A stretch of DNA of 64,000 bases, taken from positions 19,053 through 83,052 of the IMG/VR virus record IMGVR_UViG_2775507243_000004. One strand, 5' to 3'. The translations under genes and the position numbers were made by a program. Shown here in pieces: positions 18,276-28,365 of this stretch. The number at the start of each line of letters is the position of its first letter. Position 1 is the stretch's first letter. The DNA comes from a virus (lineage: Duplodnaviria; Caudoviricetes). A model generated the notes under the pieces. The model had not been told where the DNA came from. It did not search any database and saw only the letters and a program-made list of their open reading frames with translations.

Positions 18276-18292
18276 CTTGTTTTTTTCACGCT

Positions 18293-19591
18293 CTACTGCC
18301 CACTCTCCGCCTCAACCCACAACCCCGGAAACAGGTACCTGAATAGCTTAATGGGAAATGCCAGCTTATAAGGGGCATGCAGTGATTCTGATTTCAGAAT
18401 ACCCAGGGTGGTCAGGTCTTTAATCACTCTGGATTGTGTGCGGTCAGAATCACCGCCCAGCATGGCTTTAAAATCTTGTTTAGGCATCTGGCCTGCATGC
18501 AGCAGATATTTTAATGGCAGCAGACTATTTAATTTGAGCAAATTGGGTGTTTCCGCTGAAACAGATTCTGCCATCAGCATTTTATGCAGCCGCTCTTCAA
18601 AGCCTGTCAATTCCAGCATTTGATTCATAAAGCTCACCTGATCAAGGCAGGTATCGAGCATAAAGTCGATAAATTGAATAAAGTGCTTTTCAGATAAATT
18701 ACCGCGCCCGTCCTGATCCCCTTCCCGCGGTAAATCAGCCCGAGCCAGCACCTCGTTATAGCGGGCGTGATTTCGCGCCAACCCTCTCATCGGCGACCAG
18801 ATCCCCTTGGTCAGCCCCAAGGCATGAAGGCCAGAATGGGTATGCAAACGGATAGTGCGCCCATTCCCATCGCCAAAGGGATGAATCCAGGCCAGCCTGT
18901 GATGCGCCGCCAAAATAGCAATCACGGCGCGCTCTCCCCTCAGCTCAAAGCGATAGCCATTATGGAACTCGTCCATAAACGCCGGCAGATAATCTTTGCT
19001 GGGCGGGATATGCAATCCCACCTGAACATCATGTTTACGCAATTGGCCTGGGGTCACCTCTTCATTCCAAGCAGAGCCATCCTGATGAACCCCACGCGCC
19101 ATGCGATCCTCCAGACTCAGATGCTGATACATCGCGTGATGTAAAGAACGAATAAATTCAGAACCAAAAAAAAGCCCCCCGGCAGGCAGAACACCCGGTG
19201 AGCCAATAGTGCCCTCTGCCCACACTTCAGCCTGCATACAAGCTAAAGCCGCCCGCTGCTTCTGCGCCTCATCCGGCCGGGCAGAGAAATCCTTGCTCAT
19301 GGCCTGCGCAATCAACAACGGGGTTGTATGCTGCCCCTCAATCTTATTGGTGTAATAAGAATTCATCGGCCGCAACGCCTCGCGCAGAATCTCTGCAATA
19401 CCCTGCGGGCAATGCTGCTGATAGGATGAATAGATCAGCGCCGAAGCCTTCTCTGATAGCGCCTCCATCTGAGGCGTGCCTTGGCGTGGCAGCAAGGGAG
19501 ACATTGAAAACGGGGAGGTGTACAAGCTCGGCATAGGGCAACAATCCTGCGATGATCTTTGGCGTAAACTTTGGCTATTTTTAAAAAACAC
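18293..19591 (-). CDS. Fic family protein (class II-like) with C-terminal winged helix
   Basis: HPFGDGNGRTIR Fic motif and N-terminal TNKIEG inhibitory motif; true start may be downstream. Confidence 0.9.
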   Translation of the reverse strand: MFFKNSQSLRQRSSQDCCPMPSLYTSPFSMSPLLPRQGTPQMEALSEKASALIYSSYQQHCPQGIAEILREALRPMNSYYTNKIEGQHTTPLLIAQAMSKDFSARPDEAQKQRAALACMQAEVWAEGTIGSPGVLPAGGLFFGSEFIRSLHHAMYQHLSLEDRMARGVHQDGSAWNEEVTPGQLRKHDVQVGLHIPPSKDYLPAFMDEFHNGYRFELRGERAVIAILAAHHRLAWIHPFGDGNGRTIRLHTHSGLHALGLTKGIWSPMRGLARNHARYNEVLARADLPREGDQDGRGNLSEKHFIQFIDFMLDTCLDQVSFMNQMLELTGFEERLHKMLMAESVSAETPNLLKLNSLLPLKYLLHAGQMPKQDFKAMLGGDSDRTQSRVIKDLTTLGILKSESLHAPYKLAFPIKLFRYLFPGLWVEAESGQ

Positions 19592-19712
19592 CTAACTATA
19601 GGTTTTATAACATATAATGATGCTAAAAACATCACATAAAAGCTAAATATTGGCGAAAATTTTGGCAGAAATAGTTACCTTAGTGCTTTAAGCAAAATAC
19701 TCTTTTAGCTAT

Positions 19713-20513
19713 TCAAAATAGTCCCCCCAAGTCCCCCGCATCCCAATTGGTAATCACCAGCTCTTTGCTGCTGGCAATCTGGCCTTGCTTACCATTATTG
19801 CCGTTGCTGTACTTGATGCTCAGCCCCTGCATGGTGAGGCCTTCGAAGGCTTGCCGGATGTCAGCGTGGTCGTTGATGCTGACCATTACCCTGCCCTGGC
19901 AATTGCGCATAAAGTCGGCCATGGCCAAGTATTGATCAAACTCGAACGGCACACCGTAGCCTTCGGTTTGCCAGTACGGCGGATCGCAATAAAAGAAGGT
20001 ATGGGCGCGATCGTAGCGGCGCATGCAATCCAGCCAGCTGAGGTTTTCTACCGCGGTACCAGCTAGGCGCAGGTGGGCAGAGGAGATATTTTCTTCGATG
20101 CGGCACAGATTAACGATCGGGGCCGTGGTGGCCGTGCCAAATGACTGGCCATTGACCTTGCCGCCAAAGGCATGCTGCTGCAGATAAAAGAACCGCGCTG
20201 CACGTTGAATATCGGTCAGCGTTTCTGAGCGCGTATCTTGCAGCCATTTAAAGACTTGGCGCGAGGACAGCGCCCACTTAAATTGCCGGACAAACTCTTC
20301 CATATGGTTTTGCACCACGCGGTAGAGATTGACCAAGTCGCCATTGATATCATTAATGATTTCAACCGGCGCAGGCACCGGTCTTAAGAAATACAGCGCC
20401 CCGCCGCCACAAAATACTTCTACATAGCACTCGTGAGGGGGAAACAACGCAAGCAGCTTATCCGCAAGGCGGCGTTTACCGCCCATCCAGGGAATGATTG
20501 GGGATGTTGACAT
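19713..20513 (-). CDS. Phage DNA adenine methyltransferase (D12/Dam-like)
   Basis: PWMGGK, YVEVFCGGG, INDINGDL and YCDPPY motifs. Confidence 0.93.
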   Translation of the reverse strand: MSTSPIIPWMGGKRRLADKLLALFPPHECYVEVFCGGGALYFLRPVPAPVEIINDINGDLVNLYRVVQNHMEEFVRQFKWALSSRQVFKWLQDTRSETLTDIQRAARFFYLQQHAFGGKVNGQSFGTATTAPIVNLCRIEENISSAHLRLAGTAVENLSWLDCMRRYDRAHTFFYCDPPYWQTEGYGVPFEFDQYLAMADFMRNCQGRVMVSINDHADIRQAFEGLTMQGLSIKYSNGNNGKQGQIASSKELVITNWDAGDLGGLF

Positions 20514-20670
20514 AGAAAGCTCCGGCCAAAGACCCGCTGATAGGGTCTGATTGGAGGCTCGGGGCCTTCAGATAATTGAATGCACCGCAACGCGGACATT
20601 TGATGGATAGCTCTAAATACCGACCCTCTGCGAGCTTTTTATGGCATTGGGCACAACGAATATTTTGCAT
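20476..20670 (-). CDS. Mu Com-like zinc-finger regulator
   Basis: IRCAQCHKKLA...IKCPRCGAFN; overlaps the methyltransferase start, as com does mom in Mu. Confidence 0.85.
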   Translation of the reverse strand: MQNIRCAQCHKKLAEGRYLELSIKCPRCGAFNYLKAPSLQSDPISGSLAGAFYVNIPNHSLDGR

Positions 20671-20680
20671 TACCCATTAT

Positions 20681-20694
20681 AGAACGATCGTTCT
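20681..20694. promoter_or_regulatory. Palindrome AGAACGATCGTTCT, candidate non-canonical LexA box for com-dam
   Basis: 10 bp upstream of com ATG; same core as the box before umuD. Confidence 0.7.
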
Positions 20695-20782
20695 GTTTGT
20701 TCCATGTTTTAAATACTTAATTTAGCCTCAAACAATAAACACTCAACTGGCCATTTTTTATCCCTAAAGGCTGCGAAAAGGG

Positions 20783-20965
20783 TTATCCACCATAACTAGG
20801 TTCATATTTAGCACGGCCCGTACTCCCTGGCTTAGTAATCCTGTTCAAGTGCGCACACTGAGGACACCAACTTCTATGCAACACCCGGCTTGGCGGAGCC
20901 TGCCAAATATGCCCGCGATGACACTGCCATGGCATTGGTCTGCCCTTTTCATGTCTGGTGGTCAT
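20783..20965 (-). pseudogene. Zinc-ribbon (treble-clef) domain fragment
   Basis: WQCHRGHIWQA...WCPQC; only 60 aa, looks like the C-terminal end of a larger protein. Confidence 0.5.
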
Positions 20966-21002
20966 TCGTCATATTTCTCTTTACCTCCCGCCTGACTGCA
21001 CT

Positions 21003-21028
21003 CAAAATAGAACGATCGTTCTATTTTG
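21003..21028. promoter_or_regulatory. Perfect 26-bp palindrome CAAAATAGAACGATCGTTCTATTTTG, candidate LexA box for umuDC
   Basis: Directly upstream of umuD; GAAC-N4-GTTC core. Confidence 0.78.
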
Positions 21029-21040
21029 GTGATACCCCCA

Positions 21041-21484
21041 ATGGTTAATCTTCATACGGCTGATTGGCCTGTTTATCGCTGTGCTGGTTCGGCCCATCGT
21101 ATTCCTCTGGCGTATTGCGATACACCGATTCATGCGGGATTCCCAAGCCCCGCCGAGGGCTATCTCGATGATTATCTAAGCCTTGATGAGCATCTAATTC
21201 ACGATAAAGCCTCGACGGTCTTACTGCGTACTACAGGCGATTCGATGATAGACGCCCATATTTGTGATGGGGATATATTGATTGTGGATCGTGGCAGGCA
21301 GGCTGTTTCGGGCGATATTGTGGTAGCGTCTTTGGAGGGTGAATTCACCTTAAAGCGCTTGATTATCCGTGGCTCACAGTTGATTCTGCAGCCGGCAAAT
21401 GCTTTGTTTTCGCCTATTGTGGTGAGCCCAGGGCAAGAGCTAGAGATCTTTGGGGTGGTATCGGGTATTGCGAGGCGGCTTTGA
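21041..21484 (+). CDS. umuD: DNA polymerase V accessory subunit UmuD
   Basis: AGFPSPA cleavage site, GDSM serine and TLKR lysine of the S24 peptidase. Confidence 0.93.
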   Translation: MVNLHTADWPVYRCAGSAHRIPLAYCDTPIHAGFPSPAEGYLDDYLSLDEHLIHDKASTVLLRTTGDSMIDAHICDGDILIVDRGRQAVSGDIVVASLEGEFTLKRLIIRGSQLILQPANALFSPIVVSPGQELEIFGVVSGIARRL

Positions 21485-22755
21485 TGTTGCGGCAGATGGC
21501 ATTGGTGGATTGCAATAATTTCTACGCGTCCTGTGAGCGGGTATTTCAGCCCAAATTACGCACGCGCCCCATTGTGGTGTTGTCGAACAATGATGGCTGT
21601 GTGGTCGCACGTAGTGCGGAAAGTAAGGCCTTGGGTATTCCTATGGGCGTGCCGCTGTATCAGATCCGTGATTTGATTAAAGAGCATGGCGTGGTGGTTA
21701 GATCGAGTAATTACGCGCTGTATGGGGATTTAAGCCGTAGGGTGATGACAATTTTAGGCCGCTATTCTCCGCAGCAAGAAGTCTATTCAATCGATGAGAG
21801 TTTTTTAGATTTAAGCGGCTTTGCCAATGTCACGCAATACAGCCAGCAAATACGCCGTGATGTAAAGCAGCGTACGGGTATTCTGGTGAGTGTGGGGATT
21901 GCACCTAGTAAAACACTGGCTAAGCTTTGCAATCATGTGGCGAAGAAGATCCAGCCCTGGGCGGCAACAGGTGTTTGTAATCTGCATGAGATTGAGCCAT
22001 CTGCGCTTAAAGACTTACTGCAAAGTCTGCCTGTAGGTGAAGTATGGGGGATTGGTCCACGCTTGGCCCGCAAGCTGGAGTTTGATGGCATTTGCACGGT
22101 GTATGACTTGAAGTGTGCACCGGCCAGCCAAATGCGCAGCCGTTACAGCGTATTGATGGAGCAGATCATTCGCGAGTTAAATGGTGAGGCCTGCTTGGAG
22201 CTGGATGAGGTGCCGGTAGCTAAACTGCAAATTATGTCTAGCCGCTCGTTTGGAAGTAAAACAGGGCTGCAGAGTGAGATTCAGGCCGCCGTTGCTTTGC
22301 ATGTAAGCACGGCAGCAGAAAAGCTACGCCATCAGCAATCGCTGGCCAGCCAGTTGATGGTGTTTATTCGCACCAATCCATTTAGTGAGCGTGATTTACC
22401 GATGCGTCGCTCTATTGTGATGCAGCTGGCTAATCCAACAGATGACACTTTATTGCTACAAAGCGCTGCGATGGCAGGCTTGCAGCAAATCTTTGTGCCG
22501 GGCTACCCCTATCAAAAAGCGGGGGTGATGCTGGATGGTATACAAGCAAAAGCTGCGCAACAGATGGATCTATTTGCAGAAGCCGCCAGCCCGCAGCGGG
22601 AGAAATTAATGGCGGCAATGGATACGATCAATCAGCGCTTTGGTCGCCATACCCTGCGTAGCGCCGCAGAGTTGATGAGCCACGCCAGCCAGATGAATCA
22701 GCATCATCGATCACCACGCTATACAACTTGCTGGGAGGAGTTGTTGAGTATTTAA
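21481..22755 (+). CDS. umuC: Y-family DNA polymerase V subunit UmuC
   Basis: [26 protein letters not shown] and SPRYTT motifs. Confidence 0.95.
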   Translation: MMLRQMALVDCNNFYASCERVFQPKLRTRPIVVLSNNDGCVVARSAESKALGIPMGVPLYQIRDLIKEHGVVVRSSNYALYGDLSRRVMTILGRYSPQQEVYSIDESFLDLSGFANVTQYSQQIRRDVKQRTGILVSVGIAPSKTLAKLCNHVAKKIQPWAATGVCNLHEIEPSALKDLLQSLPVGEVWGIGPRLARKLEFDGICTVYDLKCAPASQMRSRYSVLMEQIIRELNGEACLELDEVPVAKLQIMSSRSFGSKTGLQSEIQAAVALHVSTAAEKLRHQQSLASQLMVFIRTNPFSERDLPMRRSIVMQLANPTDDTLLLQSAAMAGLQQIFVPGYPYQKAGVMLDGIQAKAAQQMDLFAEAASPQREKLMAAMDTINQRFGRHTLRSAAELMSHASQMNQHHRSPRYTTCWEELLSI

Positions 22756-23087
22756 TCAGGCATTCTTCTAAAAACAATGTTTTCATTGTGTCTAATGACA
22801 ATTTGAACGTCTGTAGTGGCAAGCTCGAGTAGCATGCCACTTAGATTGTAAGAAAATTGCACCTCGCCTTTTCCCCTGAACTTTATGTAATGAGATACTG
22901 AGTCAAATAGCGGAGTGATCTCGTGCCTATCAATATCAACAATATTTTCAATGCCAACGGATTTGATACTCGTTAAATCCATGCTGATTGAATCTTTAGA
23001 CGAAAAAACCAAAACTCCATCTGAGTTAGTAAAGACATCCATCGAGTCATCAGGGGTTATTTTGATAGGTTTTTCATTGTTTGCCAT
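22752..23087 (-). CDS. Hypothetical protein, last gene of the T6SS cargo run
   Basis: 111-aa ORF convergent with umuC; no motif recognised. Confidence 0.55.
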   Translation of the reverse strand: MANNEKPIKITPDDSMDVFTNSDGVLVFSSKDSISMDLTSIKSVGIENIVDIDRHEITPLFDSVSHYIKFRGKGEVQFSYNLSGMLLELATTDVQIVIRHNENIVFRRMPD

Positions 23088-23161
23088 AAAAAATTCTTTT
23101 GTAGTTGATGCAGCTTTTTTTAAACTAGTTTGCTAATCATGGGCAACAGCAGCACTGCGGC

Positions 23162-24268
23162 TTATTTTTTTGGCAGTAATGGCTCCCCCCACTCTGCACG
23201 GATTTCTGGAGGGAATGGGGCTTCGAATGCGGTTTTATGCGAAAGCCAATTAAAGGTGCCCCAGAGTAAATACAAGGGTCCAAAGATAGGGAAAAACAAA
23301 AAGGAGATCACCACAAAAATAGGATGGTCCTGATTCCACTTTTTTATTTTTGGGCCATATGGGCCAATACACCCCATAGATTGCCACCAACTATTAGGGG
23401 CAGCTTCGGCTAAAGTTTCGCCAACAGGCAAGGCCGGACCGTTTTCTTCCATATAGGCATGCAGATACGCCCATGATGCCCGAACGGAATGTTCACTCAT
23501 GACCAGTGGATTACCAATCGTAAAGAAATCAACAAAGTCTGGCATTGCCTCATGCTTTAGCATTTGATCCCATGCTTTATCATGGTCACTTTTGGCGACT
23601 TGTTTTTGTGCAAAATCAGGATCTTTAATTCCCACACCTAGGGAGTGAACCGTCGATGGTAATTGCCCCAACATAACAACTTTTGAAACATAAACAAATA
23701 TTAATGAATTCCAATCGTATTCAATAATCACTGTTGGCCAAGCATACAATGGATTGCGTTTTTTAAAACTTTTTCTTATATAATCAATAAGCCCGGGTGT
23801 GTCACGAAAAACTCTATAAACTTTTTGCTTTTTCTTATCAAAAATTAAGCTATCGTTTTTAAGAGAAAACATATCAGCTCTAAGCTGATAAAGCCCAATA
23901 TGAAGTGCATAAAACACACCCAAGCCACTAAGAGTCATAAAAACAAATTTAAATAAAAAAGTGAATAATCCTTCTATTTCTAATTCAAAAAAGCAGACAT
24001 ACAATGCGTATGACATTAGGGGTAAGCCCCCAAAAAAGACAAGTAGCGAAAATAAGGTGACCAAGCCTCTTTGATAATGAGTTGTACTCGCCAGCTCGAT
24101 GGCCTCTGGGTAAATCGTTTTAACGCCGTTCAAGCTGCTACCTTTGCACCGCGCAGTCGTTTCTTTACTTAGGTATGCTGCAATATCAATGCTAGATACA
24201 TCAATAATGGCGGAAGGGTATTCGCCCTTTAATAGGCGATAGGCTGTTGTTGAGGCAGTTGGAGTCAT
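23162..24268 (-). CDS. Putative T6SS immunity membrane protein copy 2 (DUF6708-like)
   Basis: Two N-terminal TM helices, FDKKKQKVY, EYDW, WAYLHAYME.GP and a C-terminal TM; paralog of 24368-25504. Confidence 0.75.
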   Translation of the reverse strand: MTPTASTTAYRLLKGEYPSAIIDVSSIDIAAYLSKETTARCKGSSLNGVKTIYPEAIELASTTHYQRGLVTLFSLLVFFGGLPLMSYALYVCFFELEIEGLFTFLFKFVFMTLSGLGVFYALHIGLYQLRADMFSLKNDSLIFDKKKQKVYRVFRDTPGLIDYIRKSFKKRNPLYAWPTVIIEYDWNSLIFVYVSKVVMLGQLPSTVHSLGVGIKDPDFAQKQVAKSDHDKAWDQMLKHEAMPDFVDFFTIGNPLVMSEHSVRASWAYLHAYMEENGPALPVGETLAEAAPNSWWQSMGCIGPYGPKIKKWNQDHPIFVVISFLFFPIFGPLYLLWGTFNWLSHKTAFEAPFPPEIRAEWGEPLLPKK

Positions 24269-24367
24269 AAGCTTTTAATTTTTTAGATGGGATTGAATGA
24301 TTAATCTATTTGCTATGATTCCCACTTCACCCGCGGCTATCGCACAAGGCAATAGCCGCGTTAAGGC

Positions 24368-25504
24368 TTATTTTTTGGGCAGTACTGGCTCTCCCCACTC
24401 TGCACGGATTTCTGGGGGGAATGGGGCTTCGAATGCGGTTTTATGCGAAAGCCAATTAAAGGTTCCCCAGAGTAAATACAATGGTCCAAAGATAGGGAAA
24501 AACAAAAAGGACATCACCACAAAAATAGGATGGTCTTGATTCCACTTTTTTATATTTGGACCATATGGGCCAATACACCCCATAGATTGCCACCAACTAT
24601 TAGGGGCGGCCTCAGCTAAAGACTCACCAACAGGCAAGGCTGGGCCGTTTTCTTCCATATAGGCATGCAGATAGGCCCATAATGCCTGCACAGAATATTC
24701 ACTCATGACCAGTGGATTACCAATGGTAAAGAAACCAACAAAGTCTGGTATTGCCTCGTGCTTTAGCATTTGATCCCAGGCTTTATCATGGTCACTTTTT
24801 GCGACTTGTTTTTGTGCAAAATCAGGATCTTTAATCCCCACCCCCAGGGTGTGAACCGTTGATGGTAATTGCCCCAACATCACAACTTTTGAAACATAAA
24901 CAAAGATTAAAGAATCCCAATCGTATTCAACAATCACGGTAGGCCAAGCATAAAATGGATTACGTTTTTTTAAGCTGTTTCTAACGTAATCGATAAGGCC
25001 AGGTATGTTTCTAAAAACACGGTAAACTTTTTTCTTTTTCCTATCAAAAAACAAGCTGTCGTTTTTAAGTGAAAACATATCGACTCTAAGTTGATAAATG
25101 CCGAGATGAAATGAGAAAAATACACTTAAAATACAGATTGTCAGCCCAAAACTCACCATTAGGAAAAGCACCACATCTAGATCAGAGATTGCTGCTGAAA
25201 ACAACAATAGTCCAATATAAGTGCCATATAACATTACGGGAAAAAAACCAAAAATAACAAGCATTGCAAACACAGTTAAAAGGCCACGCTGATAATGAGT
25301 AGTACTGGCCAACTCGATGGCAGCTGGATAGATCGTTTTAACTTCGCTCAGCGTACTGCCACTTTGCCGCGTGGTTGTTTTCTTATTCAGATACGTGACA
25401 ATGCCCAAGCTGGATGCATTGATCATTGCTGGCGGGTATTCACCTTGCAGTACACGATAAGCAGTGGTGGTTGCCGTATTTAATGTCATTTTTAATAAGC
25501 TCAC
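24368..25504 (-). CDS. Putative T6SS immunity membrane protein copy 1 (DUF6708-like)
   Basis: Same architecture; overlaps the effector stop codon. Confidence 0.78.
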   Translation of the reverse strand: MSLLKMTLNTATTTAYRVLQGEYPPAMINASSLGIVTYLNKKTTTRQSGSTLSEVKTIYPAAIELASTTHYQRGLLTVFAMLVIFGFFPVMLYGTYIGLLLFSAAISDLDVVLFLMVSFGLTICILSVFFSFHLGIYQLRVDMFSLKNDSLFFDRKKKKVYRVFRNIPGLIDYVRNSLKKRNPFYAWPTVIVEYDWDSLIFVYVSKVVMLGQLPSTVHTLGVGIKDPDFAQKQVAKSDHDKAWDQMLKHEAIPDFVGFFTIGNPLVMSEYSVQALWAYLHAYMEENGPALPVGESLAEAAPNSWWQSMGCIGPYGPNIKKWNQDHPIFVVMSFLFFPIFGPLYLLWGTFNWLSHKTAFEAPFPPEIRAEWGEPVLPKK

Positions 25505-28365
25505 AGATATTTAATCGAGGCGGGTGCAGATTTATTTACGGGCGAAGGTTTTTTTTCTTCATATTTAATTTGAGGTTCAGATTCAGATTGGCGGCTCTTT
25601 TTTAAAGCCTTAAATAAAGCTTTTTCTTCTTCTGCCGATGTACTAAACCTATTTTCTTTACCAAAATAGCAATCTTCGGCCCAATCCTGTAGCGCGGTGG
25701 GTGTTAGCATTGCAGAGCCAGAATATACAAGTACACCTAGCCCCATTAAAACCAAGGCCCAGCCGGTTAAGCTCATACCCAAAATAGCAATCCCACCCTC
25801 TGTGGCCACAGCTGTAGCAGAAACAATCTCCCCTGTTCCTAGCCATGTAGCAACTATTTCTGTTGTTGCCGCAATACCAGCAACTCCACCTGCACCATAT
25901 AATGCACCAGTAAGGAACCAAGAAGCAGCTAATTTATTGTTGTGTTTATAGTTTTCCCCAGCAAAAACAAAAGCCTGCGCACTATCCACCAGCAAAGCCC
26001 CCCAGCCCGCATAGCCCCCTACGGCTTTTAAAACCATAGTAAGAGCACCATGCTTTGCAAATTGCGCCGCAGCAATACCTGCTATATCCCCAGTTGCCCC
26101 AACCGTCCCAGAGCCATTACTGGCAATCCCAAACCAAGCATCGCGCAAAGCTTTTTGATCTTCTGGGCTGGCAGCAGCTAAAGATTGAAGGCTGCCATTT
26201 AAGCCCAGCATTTGCAGGGATAAAAAGCCGATGGCAATGCGGCCTTCTGCCTTGATAAAGACCGCTTTACTACCACGCCAGCTGTTTTCTTTTAAGTTAT
26301 ATAAGGCTTCTTTGGCCGTCTCTGCCACGTGCCTTTGCTGCGCAAACATTTTGCCAAAATCCTCTGCCGATACTTTTTGTATCCCCTCTAAGCCTTGTGC
26401 GGTTAAATTGAGTTTCGAGACTTTGAGGGATACTTTTTCAGCGTCTTTTAGGGCCGTGGCGCTTTGTGTAGCTTGCTTCAGCTTATCGGTATCGGTGAGT
26501 ACATGCAGCTCAATCAAGCTTTGCTTGCGCATGCTATTTATCAGTTTTTTACTTGGCGTGTAACGCTTACTAGCAAGTAATGCAATCGCCTCATCAAAAG
26601 GCAAGAACACACTGACTAATAGGGGCCGAGGCTTGATCTTGGTTTTATTAAGCACACCAGCCAGAATATGCTCCATATTCTGGCCAAGCAAAGTCATGCC
26701 CAGTAGCTTACCTTCTATTACTTTAAAGCTACTGTGCTCGCTTGCGTAGCCAACCGCCCCGCCAATTAGCGCTGTAGAAACGCCCTGATGAAAGCCAAAG
26801 ACCGCCTCATTCAGCCAGCTAAACTTAGGGCTAAGCTGTGGCATAAGTAAATCTTTGAGCAGATTATAGGTTTTGGCCTGATTATCTTCGGCCACATATT
26901 CAAACAGCGATTTTTGATTAGAAAGCTGTGCGCGCAGCATCACTGCATCCTGCTCACTAATTTTTTTGATTGCCTGTTTATATGCAAGCTCAGCGCTGCT
27001 AGGGCCTAGGCTGCCCCCGCCGTAAACATGAAAAGCCTCCTCGCTATAGCAAGCCCCCGCACTATGGTGGGTTTGCTTAGGATCGTTCGGGTCATTTTCA
27101 TCAAAATGCAGGGCAAAACAATCAGTCACGTTTTTTTGAGAGGCAGCGACGTAATCATCATCGTATGAGGTGATGATCTGATCCATCTCAGCCATTTTTT
27201 TATCATACTCGAGCATAAACTGTGCACGTTTTGGCTCATCAAAAAAAGTACTTAGTTTTGCCCAGTCTGTTTGGGTGCGCTCATTAGCCTTCGTCTTACG
27301 AAGTGCATCATCTTCCAGCTGATAAACCTCTCCCATACTTGCTGGTGTAACAGGCTGCCCCGCATGAGTTGGCTTCCATACTGTGTCTTTTAGGCTAGGT
27401 CGAAAAGAGGGGTTAAGTTTGTTTTTGTCATATAGCGCTTTGTTCATTGAGCCTATACGTCTTTGTGCCCCATCGAATAAGGTGGTTCCAGTCTTCTTAT
27501 AATGATCATCACCGATGCATTTCTTTAAACCAATAAGCAAGCCTGAGCATAAGACACCCCGACTGTAAGGGACGGCAACTTCACTCTTCCTCACCAGCGC
27601 ACGCATGCGCAAGTGATTGAGCTCGGCAGAAACCGCAACTGGGTCTGGTAGGGCAAACACAAGGCCTTTATCTTTGGTCTTGGTGTGCATATTGCCCAAT
27701 TGCTGCATATGGCCATTCAGTTGATCAAGCGCATCTACTCCGCCTTTAAAGGGGAAGTAGGGCTCCGCATCTTTGCCCGGGCTTACATTGCGCAGCGCAT
27801 ATTCAGCAACAAATTTCCCTGGGCTTTCTGCCTTGGCAACAAATGCATTATCTGGTGCTTTTCCGCTATCTAAGTAGGCTTTAACATCAAGGCATTGCAT
27901 GACTTTGGGATTGGCTTGATTGGCTTTTTTTAGCTTGTCATTCCATAAGTTGGCGCTATACGCCAGCCATATTTTCCCCGTTTTATGCGCTTGGGGAATC
28001 GTCAGCAAACGCACTTTATGCAAATGGCCGGATTTATTACAAGAAAAAGGCTCTGCTAAATAAAAGGAGGGATGTGAGGCAGAGTAAAGCGCCCCTTCTG
28101 GCGTAATCCGGTAAATATCCCAGCCATCTTTTTTGCCTGCTGGCGGGGTTTCATAAAACACATATAAATAGCCCCGGCGCAGGGTTCGCAGTACATAGCG
28201 CGATTGCTTAGGCGTAGCAAGCTGAGCCGCTTTTTGCGCAATGGCGTGCGAAAGCAGCTTTGCACTGCCGGATGGCTGTAAATCTGCTTTATTCGCAATC
28301 ACTGAGGGGCGCACCAATAGAATAGGCAGTCCACTTTTTTCACACGCTCTACAGGTATCTGTCAT
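25501..28365 (-). CDS. T6SS effector, BTH_I2691/VasX-like N-terminus with hydrophobic pore-forming-type C-terminus
   Basis: CRAC..GLPIL.VR, YVLRTLRRGYLYVF and LPDPVA...ELN; several Gly/Ala-rich TM segments; ends LQDWAEDCYFG. Confidence 0.8.
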   Translation of the reverse strand: MTDTCRACEKSGLPILLVRPSVIANKADLQPSGSAKLLSHAIAQKAAQLATPKQSRYVLRTLRRGYLYVFYETPPAGKKDGWDIYRITPEGALYSASHPSFYLAEPFSCNKSGHLHKVRLLTIPQAHKTGKIWLAYSANLWNDKLKKANQANPKVMQCLDVKAYLDSGKAPDNAFVAKAESPGKFVAEYALRNVSPGKDAEPYFPFKGGVDALDQLNGHMQQLGNMHTKTKDKGLVFALPDPVAVSAELNHLRMRALVRKSEVAVPYSRGVLCSGLLIGLKKCIGDDHYKKTGTTLFDGAQRRIGSMNKALYDKNKLNPSFRPSLKDTVWKPTHAGQPVTPASMGEVYQLEDDALRKTKANERTQTDWAKLSTFFDEPKRAQFMLEYDKKMAEMDQIITSYDDDYVAASQKNVTDCFALHFDENDPNDPKQTHHSAGACYSEEAFHVYGGGSLGPSSAELAYKQAIKKISEQDAVMLRAQLSNQKSLFEYVAEDNQAKTYNLLKDLLMPQLSPKFSWLNEAVFGFHQGVSTALIGGAVGYASEHSSFKVIEGKLLGMTLLGQNMEHILAGVLNKTKIKPRPLLVSVFLPFDEAIALLASKRYTPSKKLINSMRKQSLIELHVLTDTDKLKQATQSATALKDAEKVSLKVSKLNLTAQGLEGIQKVSAEDFGKMFAQQRHVAETAKEALYNLKENSWRGSKAVFIKAEGRIAIGFLSLQMLGLNGSLQSLAAASPEDQKALRDAWFGIASNGSGTVGATGDIAGIAAAQFAKHGALTMVLKAVGGYAGWGALLVDSAQAFVFAGENYKHNNKLAASWFLTGALYGAGGVAGIAATTEIVATWLGTGEIVSATAVATEGGIAILGMSLTGWALVLMGLGVLVYSGSAMLTPTALQDWAEDCYFGKENRFSTSAEEEKALFKALKKSRQSESEPQIKYEEKKPSPVNKSAPASIKYL

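Noticed and set aside
2185-20513. Restriction-modification systems around the two methyltransferases
   Set aside because: No adjacent endonuclease; both look like orphan phage methyltransferases
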